Positions 13,701 through 28,282 of a stretch of 64,000 bases of DNA are shown here, in pieces. The translations under genes and the position numbers were made by a program. Where the stretch lies: contig CP068257.2 of the NCBI GenBank assembly GCA_009914755.4, positions 16,576,001-16,640,000 on the forward strand. Direction: 5' to 3'. Positions within the stretch are counted from its first letter, which is position 1. Each line of letters opens with the position of its first letter. Source of the DNA: the human T2T-CHM13v2.0 reference genome, Homo sapiens. The notes beneath the pieces were generated by a model. That model made no database searches. It was not told where the DNA came from and saw only the letters and a list, made by a program, of their open reading frames with translations.

Positions 13701-15799
13701 CTTAGTCCTGGCTCCACATGAAGTTTGCTTTGCTAAAAAATTTCTTGCTGAAAAGAGCTGGGAAGACCTGGAACCACATGATATAAATCATTCAAATTTT
13801 AGGCCACAGACAGTTATTCTTTTATTACATGGAAGACATAGAAGAGATGATTTTCAATGAAGCAATCATGCAAGATTCAGGATTACATTCAGAATCACAA
13901 AATTAGCATTATTAGTTACTTGTTGTGAAATTGTGATTTTTAAATTAAATATTCTTACATTCCTGTGATTATTAAGAAGGGGAAAGAGGAATAAAAACTA
14001 AAAAGAATGTCAGCTATTGAGAGTTGTGATTACTTGGATTTTGTTATTTGAGATGCTTGTTGATACCATATAATATGGTTTCATAATTTTTTATGGAATA
14101 TTAGAAACAAAGTGAAGGAAATACGAATGCAAAGAAGAACTTAACAGAAAATTTATGTCTAGTGGCATTTCATAAATATAAAGCTTGTTTAAAGAGGATT
14201 GTATGGAGTCAAAAGGTGGGCTAATATGTCTCTTAATAGCATCATTATGTGTTAAAATACCAATCAAAAGGTAAAATGTATGACTAAGAATCACTAAGCA
14301 ATCATAGTTATAATGCTTTTGGCGTAATTTTTGTCATTATAGACTAAAATTATTTTTATGCTAATGACTTTCTCAAAAGATGATTATAAAAGAAGTAAAT
14401 ATAAACTGCTAGAAATACAAATGCTTTTCTATTTTATGATTTTTTTTCTTTCATTCGTACTTAGATGATTTTCATTTATCCCTGCACAGGTGTTTCAACC
14501 CTTATAATGAATTTGATTCAATTCAACCAATGTTTATGTAGCCCCGACCATGGGCGGAACACCTTAAGGACAAAAGTGGCCTTTTAATTTAGTGATACTA
14601 TAGTCCATTGGGGAGAATATGGGCATTGTAGCTTGCTTTTGAAGAAACCATCTTACTCAGCTTTTAAGTTGAAGAAAGAACTAGTCAATGTTATAACAAA
14701 GTAGCGGTATTCCAATAAACATTTTGACAAGGTAAATTTCAGCTCCTTTCCCTGCCAGCCCACTAAAATGCTCAGGGTTTTGGATCCGACGTCATGAAAT
14801 GACACTGCTCAGAGAGTGTCCTGCAGTCGCCTATTTATTTTATAACCTATTCAGCAGAAATTATTTCCATGATTGCCAGCCACTGTGCGTGTGCTATATC
14901 TGTGACTTGGCACAGCAGTGCTTCCATCTGACTTAATTTAAACATGCCTCTTTTCCAACTATAACTTCCATTAAAGCCTGAAGCCTTTCCAAAAATGGGG
15001 CTAGACAGAGCATTGAACTGGCCATTCAAATATCCAGGTTGTAGTTCAGGGTTCATGACTATGTGGCTTGCCTTGCATTGTTTTTTAACCTATTGAAAAG
15101 AGTATCTGATACATACCTTTTCAAGGTTCTTGCACCCTTTTTTCATCCACGCTGTATCACTTCCCTTCTTCAGTATCTACAGTAAAGTGCAAAAGTCATC
15201 CAGCTTCAGAGTCTTTTCATCTGTCCTTTCTTTTCCGTCTGTTTGCTCCTCAGGCCTTAACCAAAGGGCCTGGTTAGGTGTTCTGAGGATGGCAGAGACT
15301 AGTCCTACTGTGCTTTGTATGGGGTTATGGATAATGGCTTCCCAAGCCACGGCACAGTAATGGGGATAACTGTCTTGGTGGTCCTGGGTAGTTACCGCTG
15401 GAGAAACTTGTATATAGTTTTATATAATAAAATGATGGGGAGGGCCAGCCATACTATAACACAGATCTAGTGATCCTGCCCCAGTTTCACTGGAACACTC
15501 CAGGCCTGGTCTATGCGGAAATTTAGCTCAGAGAGAAGAGCACTGTTGAACTTGATGTTTGGCAAGCTTCCATCAGACACATGCTGTCTTCAACATTTCT
15601 ACCATTAATTCTTAACTTAGCATTTGTTCAATTTGTTTACCATTAGTTCTATTATTTACTTAATAGTTTTTCTTTAAAATGATATAAATTATTCACTATT
15701 TTATTGTCTTATTCAAGCAGTAATATTTATAAAATCATCGTTTTCGATGTGCTAATTATACTGATTTCTTAATACATATAAAATAAATATATAACTATT

Positions 15800-16135
15800 T
15801 GTCTTATTCCATTTGGCTGTTATAACAAAAATATCATAACCTGGGTCACTGAACGACAGAAATTTATTTCTCACAGTTCTGGAGGCAGGGAAGTCCAAGA
15901 TCAAGAGGCTGAAAGATTTAGTGTCTAGTGAGGGCCTCTTCCTCATACATGGCACCTTCTGACTGTGTCTCCACATGGTGGAAGGAATGAACAAATGCCT
16001 CTTTAACGAGGGCACTAATCCCATTCATGAGAGGGGAGCTCCCTGACCTAATCATCTTCCAAAGTCCCCACCTCTTAATACCCACAATATTGTGGATTTG
16101 GTTTCAACATGTAAGTTTTGTGGGGAGCAAACATT
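15800..16135 (+). repeat. Second copy of the same ancient interspersed repeat family as at 10441-10795
   Basis: 'ggctgttataacaaaaatatcataacctgg..ctcacagttctggaggcagggaagtccaagatcaag..cctaatcatcttcc..caacatgtaagttttgtgggg'. Confidence 0.55.
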
Positions 16136-16447
16136 CAGACGATAGCAGTATTAAATTTTTAAAAATCTATATCTAACCTTAAACCATCTCAGTCACCTTT
16201 GGGAAACATTGGTTTAGTCTTGGTGATATTTGGCTGTGTGATGGCTGAAGAATTAGGTGTCTGAAGGAGGAAATAAATAATGGTTAGTGGAGTCTCCAGT
16301 CTTACTAGTTCTGTAGCACAGCAGGATATATTATGTTTTTATGCTTTACATTGTTTTAAAAATGTTTTTGACAAATTATATAGTCAAAATAATTATGGGG
16401 TCCATATAATTATAATGGTCCATATAATTATGGGGTCCACATGATGT

Positions 16448-16451
<4 letters not shown>

Positions 16452-16491
<40 letters not shown>

Positions 16492-16492
16492 G
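16452..16492. repeat. (TA)n microsatellite
   Basis: An uninterrupted 'tatatatata...' run. Confidence 0.9.
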
Positions 16493-16599
16493 ACCTATCT
16501 ATCCATCTATATATACACACACAGTGTGGAATGATTGAATCAAGCTAATTAACATATCAATAACCTTAAATACTTATAATTTATTCCTCCTGTCTAAGT

Positions 16600-16780
16600 G
16601 CAACTTTGTACCCTTTGACCAACATCTTCCCATTGCTCCCACTCTCCAGCCTCTGATAACCACTGTTCTACTTTCTGCTTCTATGAGATGGATTGCTTTA
16701 GATTCCACATAGAAGTGAGAACATATGGTTTTTGTCTTTCCGTGCCTGGCTTATTTCATTCATCATAAAGAAAGGCACAT
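16600..16780 (-). mobile_element. L1 3'-end fragment (antisense)
   Basis: 'ctgataaccactgttctactttctgcttctatgagatggattgctttagattccacatagaagtgagaacatatggtttttgtctttccgtgcctggcttatttcattca' is the reverse complement of the L1 3' terminal region. Confidence 0.7.
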
Positions 16781-19534
16781 TCTTAAGAGGTGGTTTGACA
16801 TTGTGTTTAAGAACACAGATGCTAGAGCCAGACTGCCTGGGTTGAAATACCAGCTGTCCACCCTTTTGCTGTGTGTATGACCTTGGGCAAGGTACTTAAC
16901 ATCCTTTTGCTGCAATTTCCTTATCTTTAAAACTGGGGACGGCTATAGTATCATAAGACATTCATGAGGATGAAACAAGTTAATATATTAAATGTTTCAA
17001 AACAGTGCCAGATACATGGTAACTATTAATTGTTGTTATTATTGTTATAGTTACTCTCCTAAGAGCAGGAAGGCCAAATTAAGTCCCAGAGTTTTCGATA
17101 ACATTATCCAGTGTGAAGATCTAAGTTTAGCTTTAACAGTTCAGCTTTCATTTTGCTAAAACACCGGAGCCAATATTTGGGGCCTTTTTTTAAAAAAAAT
17201 AAGATAATTTGGCCTTATTTCATAATGGTTAGGCTGCTTCTGGTAAGACTTTATGCATTCCCTTTTCTTCTCCTCTAAAGAGCCAATTAAAAGATTTCAT
17301 ATCTGAAATTTTATCATTTATTACTTTACAGTGTGACTTACAACAATAAATATAATCAAGGTTTAAAAGTTTAAGCCAATAAAATACTGTCTATATTCCA
17401 ACCGTAACTTCTTAAAACATATAATGCAGAATGCATAATATTTTAATTTTTTGATGACATACTGAAGAATGATATTCCAGATTATATTATTCACACAATG
17501 AATCAATAGAGCATTAACTTCTTAAAATGCTGGAATAAAGAAAGAAATTTACCATGTCCAAGGCTTTTTGGTTAATTGTGCACATTAATATAAGTGCAAT
17601 AAAACAAATCATACCTTATTATTTTAACCTTAAAGACAATAAATACTACTCGGCGTGAAAACAAATATGTTCTCTCGTTCGAATGCGCTACTTTTACTCT
17701 GTGACCGCCATCAGAGTCCCCTCTGTGAGCGGAAGTGATGTTTGCCGGATGAATGTAGCCTATTCCCTACAGAGCGTTACTTGCTGAGGTAGGCCCTCTC
17801 TTGGAAGGTTATCAGGTGACTTCCTTAGGTGTGCAGGAAATGGAAGCAGAGTGTGGACTATTTTCTTGCCCTCTACTGGTCGTGAAGCCTCAAAATGGCA
17901 CAGCTGGCGTTTAAGCCAGAAAGAAACACCTGTTTCTCTCTGGTACATGTTTTTTTCCTACCTTTTCAGTCCTCTTCAAAGCTTTCATTATGCATATTTT
18001 GAGTGTATGTTAAGGTCTCTTATGGGTAACTCATGAAAGAAATGGTTCTTTGTAACATTTACGCAATATCTGGGGTAAAAGAGGATAATGCAACTAAAAG
18101 GGGAGGCAGGGAACAATCCACCCCTTTACCTTTGATTACCAGAAGTGGTCCCATGAGGCTGCTGATGTATGGGCACAAAGTGGGTTATCTACACATGTCA
18201 CTGGAACATAAGAAGGGGGTAGAACAAAACTTCTGCACTGAAGGCTCTGCGAAGAAACTTTATTAAATAAAATAGACATCTTTGGCGTTGAGTCGGAAAA
18301 TGATGTACCAGACATGGTTCTGGTTCTGGGTTAACTTACCTTCTTGTTGAGAAGGTAAAATAAGTATATGTAAGCAGCTAAGTAATTTGAAAAATTAAAT
18401 AGTATGAAAAGTTCCAGAAGGTAGATTTTCTTCAAGTACTAAATGAATTAGTTTTATCCATCTGGAAAAGGAAAGAAATAAAGTGGCCTGATGTGGCTTA
18501 TTTGAGAAAAGAAGAGACAATTTTAGGAGAATAATAACATAAGAGCCAGGCATTGCAAAGGCAGAGAAAATTATGGAGGTGCCCAGTGTGGTAAGATAAC
18601 ATAAGACAGTCACTTGGTGTTGCTGGCTGATTTGTGAAAGCAGAATGTGGACATGAAGTACAAAAGATAAAGAGGGTCAGAATTTGAAGGGCCACAAATG
18701 AGGGACAAAGAAGCCCAAAATTTGTTCTGTAGTCCAGAGTGTAATTAAAAGCTTTAGAGCAGATGAATATGTAAAAGCCTGTGCATGTTTTTTTAATAGG
18801 ACCTTCTGATGGTAGCATTATGCATTTTTTTCTAATTTTGTACTAGATTTTCTGCAAGTATATTCATATTAACATTGGAAGAAAATTTAAAAAATTAAAA
18901 TACTGAATATATGATTAATCTATATTTTAGACAAAACAATGTGTTGATTATTAAGATTGTCTGTACTGGGCTGGAGGAGACTAAACCTAAACCCCAGTTA
19001 ACTCTTTGGATTGGCTACAGGCATATCTTCAGTGAAGTAATTCCTGTTATTGTCTATAAAATTTAAGGGTTATTTTTGTTATAAAAGAGTTAAGAAGTAG
19101 TAGTCACCAAGGATAATATGATCAAATAATTTCTTATAAAATAGAAGAATCTGTCACACATGCAGCCAACTGAATGCATTCCACTTATAATAAATTACGT
19201 GTTCCAAACAGGTTTTCTACTAAAACTTATTGAAAATAGCATTTGGTTGCTATGACAACCTGGAACAGCAATTGGAAACTAGAACATTAAAGGTGAGACA
19301 GAAAAGACAGACAAATAGTTCATATTTAGCTAAATTGTATTCCTTTTTAATTCTTATAAATCCAGGGAGGAAAGGAAATTCTTATCATGTTCAGAAATGA
19401 ATAGTTTTCTACCTTAGCATCATATAGATTTAGAATGTCCAGTGTATTTACATCATCTGTTGGTTATTAAGTAAGATGAATCAATTGTCCTCCTTTTTGT
19501 TCTGAATCTCAGAAGTCTTCTCATCTATGAGTTT

Positions 19535-19911
19535 TGTATTAGTACATTATCACGCTGCTGTAAAGAACTGCCCAGGACTGCGTAATTTACAAGCGAAAGA
19601 GGTTTAATTGATTCACAGTTCCACGTGGCTGGGAAGGCCTCAGGAAACTTACAATCATGGCAAAAGGAGAAGCAAACACGTCCTTTTTCACAGGGCAGCA
19701 GAAAGAGAAGAATGAAAGCCAAGTGAAGTGGGAAGCCCCTTATAAAACCATTAGAGCTTGTGAGAACTTACTTACATCATGAGACTAGCATAAGGGAAAA
19801 CCGCCTCCATGATTCAATTACGTCCTATAGGGTCCTTTCCATAGCACATGGGGATTATGGGAACTACAATTCAAGATGAGACTTCGGTGGGGACACAGCC
19901 AAACCATATCA
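19535..19911 (-). mobile_element. MaLR (THE1/MST-type) solo LTR
   Basis: 'tgtattagtacattatcacgctgctgtaaagaactgcccaggactgcgtaatttacaag..ggtttaattgattcacagttccacgtggctgg..caattcaagatgagacttcggtggggacacagccaaaccatatca'. Confidence 0.85.
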
Positions 19912-21741
19912 AGCTTTGATTACTTTTTGTAGCTTTTGAGCATTTAGACCCTTATCTCAGGATATTATAGCTATTTATTGATTGAAACTCTGACTTTCAA
20001 AGTGTGTTCTATGAATCCTAAGAATTTCACAAATTATCTCTAAGGTTTCTTTGGAAGGAAGTACGGTCATATGGCCACTTGACTCCAGTATTTTCCATGT
20101 CTTTTAGGTTTTACCTCAACACCACACTAGAAATTATAATGATGCAGCTCAGAAAGTGAGCAGGCAGTTTCATAATTCAAAAAATTTTGCAAAATTTGAT
20201 TAAAAATCTGTAAAATATTTTAAATCTCAATAATTTTGACATGAATTTCAGATAACCACTTGAACAATACATGACAAGTTTTCTACTTATATTTATAAGA
20301 TATCCTCAATGAAAATGTGCTTTTATTAACAGATAGATAAAATTTTATTTTGTGTTGTAATTTGTAGTCTTTTTAAAAATCTTAAAAATCAAAAAGTCAC
20401 TTATTGACTTCCTAGTGTGCAAGACACTGTTAGGCATGGAGGATACAGAATATGTTATAGTATAGTATTTTTCCTATAGGAGACTGGTGTGTCCACATAA
20501 AGAGGCATAATTTATACAGCTAACTATTGGAGAAGAAATATGCTGTGGTTTTAAAAAATCAGAGCAAGAAAATTATTTTTGTGGAAATTAAAAAGTAAGC
20601 TTCATGTAGGATGTGAAAATCAACCACATGTTAAATATCAGGGTATGAACTGCACTGTTCTGGGCAAATTAGTACTTTGTCAGGCAACACAAGATGTGTG
20701 GTTACCATATTCTTGGAAGATGTTACTGGTGGGAGCATATAGCAGTGTGGAAGTAGAAAAGCAAAATTTAGACCATCTATCTAGGAATATACATCTGAAT
20801 TTTGCATTTATCTCCACTCTCAGAAGAAATTACGTATAGCAAAAGTAAGGGCTACTCAGTGACTTCTGCAGAATAGGAAGCAAACATTAACCTAAGATTC
20901 TAGAATGCAGGTTACATGGATTACTCTTGAAAACCTCCCCCTTTGCAAGCCTGACATCCTTGAGTGTTAGCAAAGGAAAGGAAGGTACTGGGGAGCTTTT
21001 CAGAATTGCCAAAGCCTTCTTTCATCTCCTTTACAGGAGTAAGGAAGTGTGGAAGAAAGGAGAATATCCTTCCTGTGTTGGTTGCAGTTCTTATTATACA
21101 TCCCTCTTCTCTCCGACCCTTGTCACTCTAGAGAGTAGACAGGGGAAAAATCTTTAAAACCTGGATGCAGGTGAAGATTAAAAAACATTAATTCAGAGAT
21201 TCAGTTTTGGATAAATATTTACCAAATACATAGCAAGTATTCTCCACCTACTGTTTGTTAATTAAAATTAACCCAAATTTCCCACCTACTGTTTATTTAT
21301 TGAATAAACATAAAAATTTCCCATCTACTGTTTATTTACAGTAGGTGAAGAATACAACCACCTACTGGTGGAGAATAAACTAGCTCAGAGCTTACAACCT
21401 AGTAGAGATGGACAAACATTAAATAAATACGCCCACAATTTTAACAGAATAAGTGCAATATGTGCTCAATAAATGTTTGTTAAATTATAGATGCAGTCAT
21501 AGAAAAAACTGGGGGAGGATAAGCAGAGGTGGACTTAGATCATTAGTCAGGGAAAGCCTTTCTGTAGATGGAGGCAAGGACAGAAAGACAGTATCTTCAC
21601 TTCCTTTATGATTGTCCTAAAGCTTCTCAGCACTCTGAACTATTAACTTGGGTTAGAGAAAACCAGTATAGAGTCTGGGAAGAGACACCAGAGTTCTAGT
21701 GGTCCTTAACATGTTAGAATAAGCCATGTAAACTGATGCGC

Positions 21742-22094
21742 ATATTAGTCCATTTTCATGCTGCTGATAAAGACATACCCGAGACTGGGAAGAGAAAGAG
21801 GTTTCATTGGACTTACAGTTTCACAAGGCTGGGGATGCCTCAGAATCATGGTGGGAGGCAAAAGGCACTTCTTACATGGTGGTGGCAAGAGAAAATGAGA
21901 AAGATGCAAAACAGGAAACCCCAGATAAAACCATCAGATCTTGTGAGACTCATTCACTACCTTGAGGACAATATGGGGAAAGTGCTCCCATGATTCAAGT
22001 TATCTCCCAGTGGGTCCCTCCCACAACATGCGGGAATTATGGGAGTACAATTCAAGATGAGATTTGGGTGGGGACACAGAGCCAAACCATACCA
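21742..22094 (-). mobile_element. MaLR (MST/THE1-type) solo LTR
   Basis: 'catattagtccattttcatgctgctgataaagacatacccgagactggg..caattcaagatgagatttgggtggggacacagagccaaaccatacca'. Confidence 0.85.
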
Positions 22095-25000
22095 ATGTGG
22101 TTATGTGAAAGTTCAGGGAGGGGTTGCTGTGGATGGGTGGTGGAATTGATTAGAGTATTAAGATTGTGAGGTCTAGCTTTATGCTCCATTTTATTCCCAG
22201 TAAGTAATATTTTTTCCAGAAGTCTTTACAGTCACAAGTAAATGAGTCTCAGCACAGACGGGCCTGAGTCCACTATGATTATCCTAGTCTTGTATGAAGA
22301 ACTTTATATACATATTTTTGTAATTGTTGTATTATTCAACATCATAAATATTTAAACATCAAAAACATTATTTCTGATTTTTTAGTGCCAGATTAAATGA
22401 CTCTTACCTATTAGAGAAGACAGGAAGTACATGACTAAGACATTCATGATAATTTTGTAGCTCTCTGATGTTCTTTAACACTCTAGAAAATTAAGACTAC
22501 CTTATGAATTTTTGTGTCCATTCTTTGGAGAGAAATATTATAGCACAAATTTCTTACTGTAACATGCTCCGTTAAATTTTTCTGCTGTAAAGGATCAAGC
22601 AATAGAAATACACTTACTTTTGTTGTTTTTCCCTTTCTGTTCATGTTTATTTTATAGGAGTTTCTTTGGAATGTAGAATATGTATACCTTATTGCAGATA
22701 AATAATAACTTTTCCTTTTTAAAAGGTAACCTAGAGGATAAAGAAAGGTTTATGGGTGCTGATATCTATGGCTTATCTGACAGAGTATTCCTTATTATTT
22801 CCAAAATTTCTATATTGCTGTCCTGCATTATACACATGTATTTGGCATGTGAGCTACTTACGCTTAGAAACGATGTATGAAAGAGCAGCAGAGTGACAGA
22901 TGTACCTCCAGAAGGATATTTAAATTGATTTTTTTCTTAATACCTTTGGTTTTTTTCCGTTAAATTCCCTCTAACTTTATATGTCAGCTCACATAATACA
23001 GTTTATTGCTATTATGGCTGGCTTTGGCACCATTGTTTCCTAGTCATTTGATATATTTGGAGAAACATTTAATATTTATGAATGCCACAAAGGAATATTT
23101 TACATTTTTTTAGGTCTTTAGCTATTCCTTTTCTTTACACCCTTTCCCTTTTAGTAAAATAAAACACTTTTATAGAAAATATCTTGCTTTATCAAAAATT
23201 CATTTACAGTTTTATGGCCTCTTAGTTGGATTATGTTTTACTCAACTTGGCCCTCAATTTTATTTTGCTTTATTTGGATTTTTCATTTTTTGTGGCATCT
23301 GTGATATGTTGATTTATTAGTCAAAGGACCATAGAAAATTTTCAGAACTCCCATTTTCTGAACAATTTTGAAATTAAGTGAGGATATAGCCATTTATTAT
23401 AAATCAAACCATTGTCATTTTTATAGGAAAAAATAGAAGAGAAAGAAAGAGGGAGGGAGGAAGGGAAGAAAATAAAAAGAGATGGAAGATGTTAAGCTTT
23501 TTTTTCTTTAGTGAAATAAATTGTAAAGCTGAAAAGGACTCTAGAAATATCTAGCATAGCGATTTCCAACTTCTTTGAGTATGAAGCCCTATTTTTAACA
23601 TACGTATTGTTTTTCAGACCCCGCATAATAGCAATTGTTATTTTGGTAAATATTGATCAGAATATATGGGAAAAGATTTATAAATTAAGTGACATTTTAC
23701 AATTAAATTTACATTTCATTAGAAGCATAGCATCTATATATATTTGGAAAATTAGTGCATATATGCAAATAACATATGACATTCTGGCTGGGTAGAATAA
23801 AGATGAACATTAGGAAAGTTTATGAAATAACAGTATTTCTGCAGTAGAATCTCATTCAGTCAGGAAACACAGAACTTCTCCAATTCATTCTTTTTATATT
23901 TATAAAGTGAAAACCAAACAGATGAGGAAAGTTGACCAAGATCAGATTAATGAAAAATTTAGATTAATGTTTCTGCTAGCCAAATAATCTTACCGTAGTA
24001 CAATATCACCCCCAATAAGGAGTTAGTCAATTATGTATCTAATAACTCAGATCAGACCCTTGAGGCAAAGATGACTTTAGCTTACACATTTTTTGTTTGA
24101 TTATCTCAATTTTGTTTGGTTGTATTAACATATATTAAGGCAAGATTTAGTAATTAAGCTGTGATTAGAATAAAAAGTATTGGTTTATACCAGATTACCA
24201 GCAATAGAAACAGATTTCATTACTTTAAATTAATAAAGAAGCATTAAAAAGAAATTTTAATTGAGTTGATAGTTAAACATGCACATATATTTATATGATT
24301 CTTTAGATCTGATAGGATATATTACTAGTAATGGAGTTCTATAAATATTTTTAACTGATCACCTGAATGATCAGAGCATGCAACAGACTGAACAGTTATG
24401 AAATTTTAACTTCAAGTTATAGAAAATCATGTGTATTAATGTGTATAATTCTTCATTATATTTTTGATATCGTTATGAACAATGAAATTCCCCTAGACAG
24501 CCCTGCAAAAACTGACTTCTGGGATTATGAGGAAGGTGGAACTGGCTCCTGAATGAGGTAGGTCATGTATTCTACAGCATAGACATGTTTTGAAAAGAGC
24601 AAGTAAATCTCAGGTGAATTTGGCCAACTGCTTATCCTTACATTTAAGCCAGTTACACACCCACACAGATGCCAAGGTGTCATCTCTAAAATATTGGGAG
24701 GGAAAACCTTGGATTCAATGCTGTCTTACTGGAAGTGATAACCAAGCATTACTCAGATAAAAAAAAAAAAAAAACTTTTTGCCTATTGCTGAAGTGGTTA
24801 TATAGTAATGATTTTACTTTTAAACTTTCAAATATTTATTTTTCTATATCCTGGCAATACTATTGATAGTGCTCAGGAGAATCATTAACTGTTATTAGAT
24901 AAAGTATAATAGAATAAATAATATTGGTTAGTTAATGTTGGATTCTGAAAACATCTCAAATGTATTAATGTAAAGTTGTAATAATTTTAAACATTGTAAC

Positions 25001-27027
25001 AAATCTCCTTTGAAGATCCTATTTGTCACTGTTCAATCTGGAGCGCAAATGAATGAAGCCTGCTGTGACTTAGGCTGAAGCCACTGTATGGAGTTGCCCA
25101 TGTGAAGAGCCACTGAGTGCAGATCAGTGGCTGGAATTTAGGCTGTCCTTCCTTGAGACGTATTGATGGGCGCGTGAAGCAGATGCTCACTGGGAATTGC
25201 AGACATTTGAAAGTGAATGGTGAGAGTGAAGGAGTTCGTGATATATTTGGGATATTATATAGATTCCATAGTATACCCTTAAGAGTCCTGATATCACTTT
25301 TGAAAACGTTGGATTCCAAATAGTGTTTCTCTATTGATGTTTCAGAGCCTCTGGAGATTCAGCGATCGACTTATTCCTGAAATTCCTTTGTGGCCACTTT
25401 TACTGAGATCATCCTTCTATTTGGGGGCTTGAAGAAAGTGATGCATTTTAGGTGTTGAATAGATGCTGAGCTCCTTAGCCTAATCAGTTTGAAGTTCTCA
25501 TTTGAGTCTTTTTTTTTTTTAATGGACAAAGACCCTTAACTTGTGGGGGACCTCTCTCCTGACTGCCAGTCATATGGTCTTGTTTGGTATGAGCTGACCT
25601 GGAGCCCAGCTCCAGACATACACAATTCCTCACATAACCCTAAAGTCTCTTCTCGCTTGCCCTGGAAAGAGCCCTTAATTTCTGGATCAATTTGCAAACA
25701 ATTCTTAAACTTCTAATTTTGTTTAGTTAATTTGGAACTAAAATGTGTCATCAGAAAACCATGTGTCTTCTATGACACCTTATGCATATCCACAAGAGGG
25801 AAAAATTAAAATCCTTTGTTAATAAAATTATTGAATATTTGTTGCTTTCCCCCAACTCCCAATAACCTTGTAACATTTTTCCAAAATACAATTTTGTTGA
25901 AAAATTTTAATTCATAGCCCCTACTTTTTTCCATATTGTATGGGAAAAAAAAGGAAGCCAAGAGAAGCTTCCATCAGGGCTCTCCAAAGAGCATGCCTAG
26001 TAACACTCAGATTTTATATTTAAGACAACTCATCCAGATGTTTTGAAGTGACGGAGACACAAACAAAAAAAGCTGTTCTTGTCAGCCAGTCACCTTAAAA
26101 AACATCATATCTAAAAAGAACCTGTAAGAATTTATTTTCCTGATAAGTCAAACAACATCCAGAATAACTGCTGAACAGCCTTAGTTAATGAATGTGGCCA
26201 ACTTAAACTGATATAATTCTAGCCTAAAGATAAGAAACTGTATGTTAGGAAGTCTGTGCAAACATATTGAGGATACAGTTATTATTATAGTTTGGGCTTC
26301 CTGAATTACTAATACCATGAAGATCCTTCCTGACAAAAAATGCCTTCATTCTTGCTAGCTTTGTAGGCATGAGAGACATTTGGGCCTACTGATATATAGG
26401 AATATCTATCTAGTGCTTATGTTGTAATTTACTGGTATTCTTTCCCAAAGAAGGACCTGTTTACAGTAGCTCTGGGCATGAGTAACTGAGAGTAGGGTGG
26501 CATGAAAGGGGAAAGGAGATCCCCTTCAGAACCCTAGTTCTACAGGTATTTGGAGAAGCCATGGGTATCACCACCATCAACCTTGACTGCTGCTAAAGAA
26601 TTCCTGCAAATATGCCTCCAAATGAATTTCTTATCTATGCTAGCCATGACACTTGATTCATCCTTCCATTACAGCATTTATACACAGAGTTATTATTTTA
26701 TTTCTTTCTCTACACTGGACTCTGAGCCCCTGGAGGACAGCTCTCCTACCATGGCTATGCCCAGTGATGCTCTTTGACATGGTTTCCGGGGCTGAGCTAT
26801 AGCTCTGTTGCCTGGAGGCGTATCAGTTTTCCATTTTTCATTCAGAATCCCAGCAGTGTCTGTTTCTCGTGAATAATTAGCTAGTGTGAAAGTCACAGAA
26901 TCCATAGCCTCTACAAGGTGCAAATTTATTAACTGCCCATGGTTCTGCAATGAATTAGTGTTTTTAAAGGGAATATAAGAAAAAGGAAGTGATAGAATAG
27001 ACATTATTGTAGTTATTTTAGAATTCT

Positions 27028-27150
27028 ATTTTTTTTTTTTTTTGAGACAGGATTTTGCATGTCCCCAAAACTGGAATGCAGTGGCTGGATTGTAGCTCAC
27101 TGCAGCGTCAAACTCCTACCTCAGCCTCTGGAATAGCTGGGACTCCAGAC
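27028..27150 (-). mobile_element. Partial Alu-like monomer (antisense)
   Basis: 'tttttttttttttgagacaggattttgc..ggaatgcagtggctggattgtagctcactgcagcgtcaaactcctacctcagcctctggaatagctgggactccag', about 120 bp. Confidence 0.6.
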
Positions 27151-28282
27151 GGAGCTAGAATTCTACTGTCACGAGTAGGGTGCATTTAATAATCTTTAAG
27201 GTCTTTCCAAGTGCTAAAATTTCTGATTCTGGAAGATTTGTCCTTATTGTATCAGTATTTACTTCCTTTTTCCAATAAAACAGTCCAACAGATGCTTACA
27301 GTGTACCCGTGGCTTATGAAACCAAAGACAGGAGGAAGTTAGAGGAAAGTGTACTTCCTATAAGACAAGTAATGTTATTTAACAAATTCTCATGCATTTA
27401 AAGCAACATAATGAGAAAATACCAATTCTACTGAAGCTCATTATGAGAACATTTTCAGAGTTCATACTATGGACTTGATATACATTAAATTCTTAAGAAC
27501 TTCTCTCCAGTATTCCTGGAAACTAGGTATCACAGTCCTTGGGTAGACTGTTTTAATAAAGAGAGCAGGTCAGGTTATGAAAAATGCAGGTTTTCCAATG
27601 AGCTTTACTTCTAATGTATATCGTAGATCACTGATAGATGATTGCAAAGAAATACATACATTTCATTTTACCTCCAGGAAATTCCCAAGAATTCAGAATG
27701 CCTACTTTGTGTTGACGGTTTTCTCTGGAGTTGCAAACACTGAGAGTGAAATCAGTTTCGAAAACCATGCTTCAAATATTCCTTTCAATTTGCTCTTGTG
27801 GCAGTTTTCGTCAAACAACCTGCTTGGAGATAATCTATTTGCAGAACCTAGGTGGGGACAAACCTGCCACATTATATAATTCACTGAGCAGGTTTTGGCT
27901 CTCACTTCACCAATCCATCTTAAATAGTGGCTAGTGCCCTGCATCTAGCAATACATATGATTAAGCAATTTAGCACAGAAAGAGAAAGGCCACACAACTT
28001 GGCAACCCCGTAGACATTTATCTTTGAGAAAACTAAACGGATCCAACTTTTTGCCAGAGTTTAATAGCAAAGCTGTCACATTTTACACAAAGAGTATCCA
28101 GTCCGCTAGCGAATGGAAAGAGGGGACAGGGAGGAGGGGACCAGAGGAGGCGGGCTGCTGACTGGACTGTTTTCAAAGGGGCTCCCGTGTTTAGGGGAGG
28201 TGCTGGGATGCTCCACATGGCTGGAGAGACGAAGTAGTTAAAAATTATTACTAGGGAGGGGGCCGGAACCTCGGGACGTGGG

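Noticed and set aside
17690-17720. 'cgttcgaatgcg' resembling a tRNA T-loop (GTTCGAAT)
   Set aside because: The flanks cannot form the T-stem or an acceptor stem, no cloverleaf is derivable, and no A and B boxes are correctly spaced. It is a chance motif within the CpG-retaining block.
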